This document shows, one piece after another, positions 53,093-63,574 of a stretch of DNA of 64,000 nt. Each line of letters starts with the position of its first letter. The stretch's first letter is position 1. The notes beneath the pieces are model-generated. The model did not search any database. It was not told where the DNA came from and saw only the letters and a program-made list of their open reading frames with translations. Source of the DNA: Eledone cirrhosa (lineage: Eukaryota); the NCBI GenBank assembly GCA_964016885.1, contig OZ024749.1, forward strand, positions 21,390,001 to 21,454,000, in the 5' to 3' direction. Both the position numbers and the translations under genes were made by a program.

Positions 53093-53241
53093 ATTAGTGT
53101 TAGGCTTACATTTTTTCATTTCTTGGATTTTTCATTTTTCGATTTCTTCAATTTTTCGATTTTTGATTTTTTTAGATTTTTTCATTTTTTCGATTTTTGA
53201 GGGTTACGGTTAGGGTTAGTGTTAGGATTTAGGGTTAGGGT

Positions 53242-53274
<33 letters not shown>

Positions 53275-55559
53275 TAGGGTTAGTGTTAGGGTTAATGTTA
53301 GGGTTAGGCTTTAGGGTTAGTGTTAGGGTTAAGTTTAGGGTTATGGTTAGTGTTATGGTTAGGGTTAGGGTTAGGGCTAGGGTTAGGGTTAGGGTAAGGG
53401 TTAGAGTTAGCGTTAAGGTTAGGGTTAGGGTTAGGTTTAGCGTTAGGGTTAGGGTTAGGGTTAGGGTTAGGTTTAGGGTTAAGGCTTTTTTCATTTTTTC
53501 GATTTTTTTAATTTTTTAGCGTTAGGGTTAGGCGTATGATTAGGGTTAGTGTTTTGGGTTTAGGGTTCTGGTTAGGGTTTAGGATTTAGGGTTTAGGTTT
53601 AGGGTTAGGGTTAGTGTTAGTGTTACGGTTAGAGTTAGGGTTAGGATTATGGTTTAGGGTTAGGGTTAGTGTTAGGGTTTAGGGTTAGGGTTTACTGTTA
53701 TTGTTAAGGTTAGGTTTAGTGTTAGGTTTAGCGTTAGGGTCAGGGTTAGGGTTAGGATTAGGATTTAGGGTTAGGTTTAGGATTATGTTTAGAGTTAGGG
53801 TTTTTCATATTTTTTTTTTTTTCGATTTTTACATTCTTGCATCTTTTGATTTTTAGATTTTTTCATGTTTTCGAATTTTTCATTTTTTTCGAATTTTCGA
53901 TTTTCTCGATTTTTTCATTCTACCATCTATTCGATTTTTTCTATTTTTCGATTTTTTAGGGTTAGCGTTAGGGTTAGGGTTAGGATTAGGATTTAGGGTT
54001 AGGGTTAGGGTTAGGTTTAGGGTTAAGGTTTTTTTCATTTTTTCCAATTTTCAATTTTTCGATTTTTTCATTAATTCATTTTTAAATATTTTTTCGATTT
54101 TTTTATTTTTTCCTTTTTGGGATTTTTCCATTTTTTCGACTTTTTTCATTTTGTTACTTTTTAAATTTTTTAGCGTTAGGGTTAGGGATATGGATAGGGT
54201 TAGTGTTTAGGGTTTAGGGTTTAGGGTTATGGTTAGGGTCAGGGTTAGGGTTAGGTTTAGTGTTGGGGTTAGGTTTAGGGTTAGGGTTTAGGATTTAGGG
54301 TTTAGGTTTAGGGTTATGGTTAGGGTTAGGTTTAAGGTTAGTGTTAGTGTTACGGTTAGACTTAGGGTCTGGGTTAGGGTTTATGGTTAGGGTTCGGGTT
54401 ATGGTTAGGGTTAGGGTTAGGGTTAGTGTTAGTTTTACGATTAGAGTTAGTGTTAGGGTTAGGGTTTAGTGTTAGGGTTAGGGTTAGTGTTTAGGCGTAG
54501 GGTCAGGTTTAGGGTTAGGATTACGTTTTTTTTCGATTTTTCGATTTTTTGTTTTTCGAATTTTTCATTTTTTTCAAATTTTAGATTTTTTGATTTTTTC
54601 ACTTTTTCTATTCGATTTTTTCCATTTTTTCATTTTTTCATTTTCTCAACTTTTTAGCGTTAGGGTTAGGGGTAGGGTTAGCGGTAAGGTTAGGGTTAGG
54701 GTTAGGGTTAGGATTAGGGTTTAGGATTTAGGGTCTAGGGTTAGGGTTAGGGTTAGGTTTAGTGTTAGTGTTAGTGTTAGTATTACGGTTAGAGTTAGTG
54801 TTAGGGTTGGGTTTTAGGGTTAGGGTTAGGTTTAGTATTATGGTTGGGGTTACGTTTTTTCATTTTTTCGATTATTTCATTTTTCGATATTTCGATTTTT
54901 TAGATTTTTTCAATTTCTCAATTTTTCGATTTTTTTCGATTTTTTAGATCTTTTCATTTCTTTCGAATTTTCTTTTTTTCATTTTTTCGATTATACGATT
55001 TTTTAGATTTTTTCATTTTTTTCCTTTTTTCGAATTTTCGATTTTCTCGATTTTTTCACTTTACCAATTTTTAGATTTTTTCTTTTTTTCGATATTTTTC
55101 GACTTTTTCATTTTTTTACAATTTCGATTTTTTACGGTTAGGGTTAGGGTTAGGGTTTAGGGTTAGTGTTAGTGTTAATGTTAGGGTTAGGGTTTAGGGT
55201 TAAGGTTAGGGTTATGGTTAGGGTTAGGGGTAGGGTTAGGGTTAGGGCTAGGGTTAGGGTTAGGGTAAGGGTTTAGGTTTAGGGTTAGGGTTAGGGTTAG
55301 GGTTAGGCTTAGGGTTAGGCTTAGGGTTAGGGTTAGTTTTAGTGTTTCGGTTAGAGTTAGTTTTAGGGTTAGGGTTTAGGGTTAGGGTAAGGGTTAGGGT
55401 TAGTGTTTAGGGGTATGGTTAGGTTTAGTGTTAGGGTTAGGGTTAGGTTTAGTGTTAGGGTTAGGGTTAGGGTTAGGGCTTAGAATTTAGGGTTTAGGGT
55501 TAGAGTTAGGGTTAGGGTTAGTGTTAGTGTTACAGTTAGTGTTACGGTTAGAGTTAGGG

Positions 55560-55595
<36 letters not shown>

Positions 55596-55974
55596 ATTAG
55601 TGTTAGGCTTACGTTTTTTCCTTTCTTCGATTTTTTCATTTTTCGATTTCTTCAATTTTTCGATTTTTGATTTTTTTAGGTTTTTCATTTTTTCATTTTT
55701 TCGATTTTTGAGGGTTACGGTTAGGGTTAGTGTTAGGATTTAGGGTTAGGGTTTAGGGTTAGGGTTTGGGTTAGGGTTAGGGTTTAGGGTTAGTGTTAGG
55801 GTTAGTGTTAGGGTTAGGGTTTAGGGTTAGTGTTAGGGTTAAGTTTAGGGTTAAGGTTAGGGTTATGGTTAGGGTTAGGGTTAGGGTTAGGGCTAGGGTT
55901 AGGGTTAGGGTAAGGGTTTAGGTTTAGGGTTAGTGTTGGGGTTAGTGTTAGTCTTACGGTTAGAGTTAGGGTTA

Positions 55975-56008
<34 letters not shown>

Positions 56009-56896
56009 TAGGGTTAGGTTAGGGTTAGGGTTAGGGTTAGCGTTAGGGTTATGGTTAGGATTAGGGGTAGGGTTAGGATTAATGTTTAGGGTTTAGGGTT
56101 TAGGGTTAGGGTTAGGGTTAGGGTTAGGTTTAGTGTTAGGGTTAGGATTTAGGGTTAGCGTTAGGGGTAGGGTTAAGTTTAGGGTTAGGGTTAGGGTTAG
56201 CGTTAGGTTTATGGTTAGGGTTAGGGTTAGGGTTAGGGTTAGGGTTAGGGTTTAGGGTTAGCGTTAGGGGTAGGGTTAAGTTTAGGGTTAGGGTTAGGGT
56301 TAGTGTTAACGTTAGGTTTATGGTTAGGGTTAGGGGTAGTGTTAGCGTTAAGGTTAGGGTTAGGGTTAGGTTTAGCGTTAGGGTCAGTGTTAGCGTTAGG
56401 ATTAGTATTTAGGGTTAGGGATAGGGTTAAGTTTAGAGTTAGGGTGTTTCCATTTTTTCGATTTTTTCAATTTTTCGATTATTTCGATTTTTTCATTATT
56501 TAATTTTTTTTTTTTTTTTCGATTTTTTCATTGCATTTTTTTGATTTTTAGATTTTTTCATGTTTTCGAATTTTTCATTTTTTTCGAACTTTCGATTTTC
56601 TCGAATTTTTCATTCTACCATCTTTTCGATTTTTTCGATTTTTCGATTTTTTTAGGGTTAGTGTTATGGTTAGGGTTTAGGGTTAGGTTTAGGCTTAGGG
56701 TTTAGGGTTAGGGTTAGGATTACTATTAGGGTTAGAGTTAGGGTTAAGTTTAGCGTAAGGGTTAGGGTTAGCGTTAGGGTTAGGGTTAGGGTTAAGGGTA
56801 GGGTTAGCGTTAATGTTAGGGTTAGGTTTAGGTTTAACGTTAGGGTTAGGGTTAGGGTTGAGGTTAGTGTTAGTGTTACGGTTAGAGTTAGGGACT

Positions 56897-56927
<31 letters not shown>

Positions 56928-56977
56928 TGGTTAGGGTTAGGGTTAGGGTTAGTTTTAGTGTTTCGTTTAGAGTTAGT

Positions 56978-57016
<39 letters not shown>

Positions 57017-57187
57017 TAGGTTTAGTGTTTAGGGGTAGGGTTAGGTTTAGGGTTAGGGTTCGGGTTAGGTTTAGTGTTACGGTTAGGGTTAGGGTTAGGG
57101 CTTAGAATTTAGGGTTTAGGTTTAGGGTTAGAGTTAGGGTTAGGGTTAATGTTAGTGTTACAGTTAGTGTTACGGTTAGAGTTAGGT

Positions 57188-57223
<36 letters not shown>

Positions 57224-57789
57224 ATTAGTGTTAGGCTTACGTTTTTTCCTTTCTTCGATTTTTCATTTATCGATTTCTTCAATTTTTCGATTTTTGATTT
57301 TTTTAGGTTTTTCATTTTTTCATTTTTTCGATTTTTGAGGGTTACGGTTAGGGTTAGTGTTAGGATTTAGGGTTAGGGTTTAGGGTTAGGGTTTGGCTTA
57401 GGTTTAGGGTTTAGGGTTAGTGTTAGGGTTAGTGTTAGGGTTAGGGTTTAGGGTTAGTGTTAGGGTTAAGTTTAGGGTTAAGGTTAGGGTTATGGTAAGG
57501 GTTAGGGTTAGGGTTAGGGTTAGGGCTAGAGTTAGGGTTAGGGTAAGGGTTTAGGTTTAGGGTTGGGGTTAGGGTTAGGGTTAGTGTTAGTCTTACGGTT
57601 AGAGTTAGGGTTAGGATTAGGGTTTAGGGTTAGGATTAGTGTTAGGCTTACGTTTTTTCCTTTCGATTTTTTCATTTTTCGATTTCTTCAATTTTTCGAT
57701 TTTTGATTTTTTTAGATTTTTTCATTTTTTCATTTTTTCGATTTTTGAGGGTTACGGTTAGGGTTAGTGTTAGGATTTAGGGTTAGGGT

Positions 57790-57821
<32 letters not shown>

Positions 57822-58108
57822 ATAGGTTTAGTGTTAGGGTTTAGGGTTAGTGTTAGGGTTATGTTTAGGGTTAAGGTTAGGGTTATGGTTAGGGTTAGGG
57901 TTAGGGCTAGGGTTAGGGTTAGGGTAAGGGTTAGAGTTAGCGTTAAGGTTAGGGTTAGGGTTAGGTTTAGCGTTAGGGTTAGGGTTAGGGTTAGGTTTAG
58001 GGTTAAGATTTTTTCATTTTTTCGATTTTTTTAATTTCTTAGCGTTAGGGTTAGGCGTATGATTAGGGTTAGTGTTTAGGTTTTAGGGTTCTGGTTAGGG
58101 TTTAGGAT

Positions 58109-58140
<32 letters not shown>

Positions 58141-59720
58141 TAGTGTTACGGTTAGAGTTAGGGTTAGGATTATGGTTTAGGGTTAGGGTTAGTGTTAGGG
58201 TTTAGGGTTAGGGTTTACGGTTATGGTTAAGGTTAGGTTTAGTGTTAGGTTTAGCGTTAGGGTCAGGGTTAGGGTTAGGATTAGGATTTAGGGTTAGGGT
58301 TAGGATTATGTTTAGAGTTAGGGTTTTTCATTTTTTAGATTTTTCATATTTTTTTTTTTTCGATTTTTACATTCTTGCATCTTTTGATTTTTAGATTTTT
58401 TCATGTTTTCGTATTTTTCATTTTTTTCGAATTTTCGATTTTCTCGATTTTTTCATTCTACCATCTATTCGATTTTTTCTATTTTTCGATTTTTTAGGGT
58501 TAGCGTTAGGGTTAGGGTTAGGATTAGGATTTAGGGTTAGGGTTAGGGTTAGGTTTAGGGTTAAGGTTTTTTTCATTTTTTCCAATTTTCAATTTTTCGA
58601 TTTTTTCATTATTTCATTTTTAAATTTTTTTTCGATTTTTTTATTTTTTCCTTTTTTGGATTTTTCCATTTTTTCGATTTTTTTCATTTTGTTTTTTTTT
58701 TTTTTTTTTAGCGTTAGGGTTAGGGATATGGATAGGGTTAGTGTTTAGGGTTTAGGGTTTAGGGTTATGGTTAGGGTCAGGGTTAGGATTAGGTTTAGTG
58801 TTGGGGTTAGGTTTAGGGTTAGGGTTTAGGATTTAGGGTTTAAGTTTAGGGTTATAGTTAGGGTTAGGTTTAAGGTTAGTGTTAGTGTTACGTTTAGACT
58901 TAGGGTCTGGGTTAGGGTTTATGGTTAGGGTTCGGGTTATGGTTAGGGTTAGGGTTAGAGTTAGTGTTAGTTTTACGATTAGAGTTAGTGTTAGGGTTAG
59001 GGTTTAGTGTTTGGGTTATGGTTAGGGTTAGTGTTTAGAGGTAGGGTTAGGTTTAGGGTTAGGGTTACGTTTTTTTTTGATTTTTCATTTTTTTGATTTT
59101 TCGATTTTTTGTTTTTCAAATTTTTCATTTTTTTCAAATTTTAGATTTTTTGATTTTTTTCACTTTTTCTATTCGATTTTTTCGATTTTTTCATTTTTTC
59201 ATTTTCTCAATTTTTTAGCGTTAGGGTTAGGGGTAGGGTTAGCGGTAAGGTTAGGGTTAGGGTTAGGGTTAGAATTAGGGTTTAGGATTTAGGGTCTAGG
59301 GTTAGGGTTAGGGTTAGGTTTAGTGTTAGTGTTAGTATTACGGTTAGAGTTAGTGTTAGGGTTGGGTTTCAGGGTTAGGGTTAGGTTTAGTATTATGGTT
59401 AGGGTTACGTTTTTTTCATTTTTTCGATTATTTCATTTTTCGATATTTCGATTTTTTAGATTTTTTCATTTTCTCAACTTTTCGATTTTTTTCGATTTTT
59501 TAGATTTTTTCATTTCTTTCGAATTTTCTTTTTTTCATTTTTTCGATTATACGATTTTTTAGATTTTTTCATTTTCTCCTCTTTTCGAATTTTCGATTTT
59601 CTCGATTTTTTCACTTTACCGATTTTTAGAATTTTTCTTTTTTTCGATATTTTTCGACTTTTTCATTTTTTTACAATTTCGATTTTTTACGGTTAGGGTT
59701 AGGGTTAGGGTTTAGGGTTA
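50960..59720 (+). repeat. Older tandem duplication, unit ~4.2-4.55 kb (50960-55150 and 55151-59720)
   Basis: Collinear T-blocks 51452/55614, 52334/56448, 53487/58009, 54029/58567, 54525/59069, 54855/59410. Shared private motifs AGGCGTATGA, GGTTCTGG, ACATTCTTGCATC, TTTTACAATTTCG. Confidence 0.87.
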
Positions 59721-59947
59721 GTGTGAGGATTAAGGTTAGGGTTAGTGTTAGGGTTAGTGTTAGGGTAGCGTTCAGTTTATGGTCACGGTTAGGGTTAAGG
59801 TTAGCGTTAGGGTTAGAGTGTAGAGTTAGGGTTAGGGGTAGAGTTAGCGTTAATGTTAGGGTTAAGGTTAGATTTAGCGTTAGGGTTAGGGTTATGGTTA
59901 TGATTAGGATTTAGGGTTAGGGTTAGGGTTAGGGTTCGGGTTAGGGA

Positions 59948-59979
<32 letters not shown>

Positions 59980-60100
59980 TAGGGATAGTGTTAAGGTTGG
60001 GGTTATGGTTAGGGTTATGGTTAGGGTTAGGGTTAATGTTTAGGGTTCAGGGTTTAGGGTTAGGGTTAGGGTTAGGGTTAGGGTTAGTGTTAGGTTTAGT

Positions 60101-60132
<32 letters not shown>

Positions 60133-60960
60133 GTAGGGTTAGCGTTAAGGTTAGGGTTAGGTTTAGCGTTAGGGTTAGGGTTAGGATAAGGATTTAGGGT
60201 TAGTGTTAGGTTTATGGTTAAGGTTTTTTTCATTTTTTGATTTTTTCAATTTTTCGATTGTTTCGATTTTTTTATTATTTCATTTTTAAAATTTCTTTCG
60301 ATGTTTTCATTTTTTCCTTTTTTGGATTTTTTCATTTATTCAATTTTTAGCGTTAGGGTTAGGGCTATGTATAGGGTTAGTGTTTAGGGTTTAGGGTTTA
60401 GGGTTATGGTTAGGGTTAGGGTTAGGTTTAGTGTTAGGGTTAGGGTTAGGGTTAGGGTATAGGATTTAGGGTTTAGGTTTAGGATTACGGTTAGGGTTAG
60501 AGATAAGGTTATTGTTGGTGTTTCGGTTAGAGTTAGGGTTAGGTTTAGGGTTAGGTTTAGGGGTAGGGTTAGCGTTAATGTTAGGGTTAGCGTTAAGGTG
60601 AGGGTTAGGATTTAGTGTTATGGTTAGGATTATCGTTAGGGTTAGGGTTAGGATTAGAATTTAGGGTTAGGGTTAGGGTTAGGGTTAGGGTTAGGGTTAG
60701 AGTTAGGGTTAGGGTTAGGGTTAGAGTTAGGATATAGGGTTAGGGTTAGGGTTTTTTCACTTGTTCGATTTTTCTATCTTTTTTATTTTTTCGATTTTTT
60801 CATTATTTCATTTTTTATTTTTTTTCGATTTTTTTCGATTTTTTCATTTTTTTGATTTTTAGATTTCTTCATGTTTTCGAATTTTTCATTTTTTTCGAAT
60901 TTTCGATTTTCTCATTTTTTCATTCTACCATTTTTTTGATTTTTTCTATTTTTCGATTTT

Positions 60961-60993
<33 letters not shown>

Positions 60994-63530
60994 TAGGTTT
61001 AGGGTTAGGTTTAGGATTAGGGTTTAGGGTTAGTGTTAGGGTTAAGGTTAGAGTTAGGGTTAGGCTTAGTGTTTAGGGTTAGGGTTAGAATTAGGATTTA
61101 GGGTTAGGGTTAGGGTTTATTTATTTTTTCAATTTTTTCGATTTTTTCATTATTTCATTTTTTCGAATTTTGAGGGCAAGTGTTAGGGTTAGGGTTCGGG
61201 TTTAGTGTTAGGGTTTAGGGTTAGGTTTAGGGTTAGGGTTTAGGGTTAGTGTTAGGGTTAAGGTTAGTGTTATGGTTAGGGTTATGGTTAGGGTTAGGGT
61301 TAGGGTTAGGGTTCGGGTTTAGGTTTAGGGTTATGGTTAGAGTTAAGGTTAGGGCTAGTGTTAGTGTTACGGTTAGACTTAGCGTTAGGGTTTAGGGTTA
61401 GGGTTAGGGTTACGGTTAGGGTTATTGTTTAGGGTTTAGGGTTTAATGTTAGGGTTAGGTTTAGTGATAGGGTTAGTGTTAGTGTTAGGATTAGGGTTAG
61501 GGGTAGGGTTAAGTTTAGGGTTAAGGTTAGATTTAGGGTTAGCGTTAGGGTTAAGGTTAGGTTTAGGGGTAGGGTTAGCGTTAATGTTAGGGTTAGGGTT
61601 AGGGTTAAGTTTAGGGTTATGGTTAAGTTTAGCGTTAAGGTCAGGGTTAGGGTTAGGATTAGGATAAGGGTTATGGTTTTTTTAATTTTTCGATTTTTTT
61701 ATTTTTTCGAATTTTTCATGCTTTTCGAATTTTTTTTTTCTTTTTTCACTTCGATTTTTCGATTTTTTTCGATTTTTTCAATTATTTCTTTTTTGGATTT
61801 TTCGATTTTTTCGATTTTTTCAATTTCTTTTCGTTAGGTTTATGCGTATGGTTAGGGTTAGTGTTTAATGTTTAGGGTTTATGGTTTAGGGTTATTGTTT
61901 AGGGTTAGGTTTAGTGTTAGGGTTAGGGTTAGGGTTAGGGTATAGGATTTAGGGTTTAGGTTTAGGATTACGGTTAGGGTTAGAGATAAGGTTAGTGTTG
62001 GTGTTTCGGTTAGAGTTAGGGTTAGGGTTAGGTTTAGGGTTAGGGTTAGGTTTAGGGTTAGGTTTAGGGGTAGGGTTAGCGTTAATGTTAGGGTTAGCGT
62101 TAAGGTGAGGGTTAGGATTTAGTGTTATGGTTAGGATTATCGTTAGGGTTAGGGTTAGGATTAGAATTTAGGGTTAGGGTTAGGGTTAGGGTTAGGGTTA
62201 GGGTTAGGGTTAGAGTTAGGGTTAGGGTTAGGGTTAGGGTTAGGATATAGGGTTAGGGTTAGGGTTTTTTCACTTGTTCGATTTTTCTATCTTTTTTATT
62301 TTTTCGATTTTTTCATTATTTCATTTTTTATTTTTTTTTCGATTTTTTTCGATTTTTTCATTTTTTTGATTTTTAGATTTCTTCATGTTTTCGAATTTTT
62401 CATTTTTTTCGAATTTTCGATTTTCTCATTTTTTCATTCTACCATTTTTTTTATTTTTTCTATTTTTCGATTTTTTAGAGTTAGGGTTAGGGTTTAGGGT
62501 TAGGGTTTCGGTTTAGGGTTAGGTTTAGGATTAGGGTTTAGGGTTAGTGTTAGGGTTAAGGTTAGAGTTAGGGTTAGGCTTAGTGTTTAGGGTTAGGGTT
62601 AGAATTAGGATTTAGGGTTAGGGTTAGGGTTTATTTATTTTTTCAATTTTTTCGATTTTTTCATTATTTCATTTTTTCGAATTTTGAGGGCAAGTGTTAG
62701 GGTTAGGGTTCGGGTTTAGTGTTAGGGTTTAGGGTTAGGTTTAGGGTTAGGGTTTAGGGTTAGTGTTAGGGTTAAGGTTAGTGTTATGGTTAGGGTTATG
62801 GTTAGGGTTAGGGTTAGGTTTAGGGTTCGGGTTTAGGTTTAGGGTTATGGTTAGAGTTAAGGTTAGGGCTAGTGTTAGTGTTACGGTTAGACTTAGCGTT
62901 AGGGTTTAGGGTTAGGGTTAGGGTTACGGTTAGGGTTATTGTTTAGGGTTTAGGGTTTAATGTTAGGGTTAGGTTTAGTGATAGGGTTAGTGTTAGTGTT
63001 AGGATTAGGGTTAGGGGTAGGGTTAAGTTTAGGGTTAGGGTTAGATTTAGGGTTAGCGTTAGGGTTAGGGTTAGGTTTAGGGGTAGGGTTAGCGTTAATG
63101 TTAGGGTTAGGGTTAGGGTTAAGTTTAGGGTTATGGTTAAGTTTAGCGTTAAGGTCAGGGTTAGGGTTAGGATTAGGATAAGGGTTATGGTTTTTTTAAT
63201 TTTTCGATTTTTTTATTTTTTCGAATTTTTCATGCTTTTCGAATTTTTTTTTTCTTTTTTCACTTCGATTTTTCGATTTTTTTCGATTTTTTCAATTATT
63301 TCTTTTTTGGATTTTTCGATTTTTTCGATTTTTTCAATTTCTTTTCGTTAGGTTTATGCGTATGGTTCGGGTTAGTGTTTAATGTTTAGGGTTTATGGTT
63401 TAGGGTTATTGTTTAGGGTTAGGTTTAGTGTTAGGGTTAGGGTTAGGGTCAGGGTTAGGGTTTAGGATTTAGGGTTTAGGGTTAGAGTTAGGGTTAGCAT
63501 TAGGGTTTAGGGTTAGGGTTAGGGTTAGGG

Positions 63531-63574
<44 letters not shown>

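Larger units (their letters stand above)
37906..59720 (+). repeat. Subfamily II domain: long telomeric-variant tracts (to ~1.4 kb) with T-block types E-H
   Basis: Landmarks GGGCTTAGAATTTAGGG, TTAGGGTCTGGG and AGGCTTACGTTTTTTCCTTTCTTCG were seen only right of ~37.9 kb. Tracts without T-blocks at ~38543-39940, 40828-41922, 42928-44221, 45625-46827, 47497-48634, 48844-50006. Confidence 0.85.
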
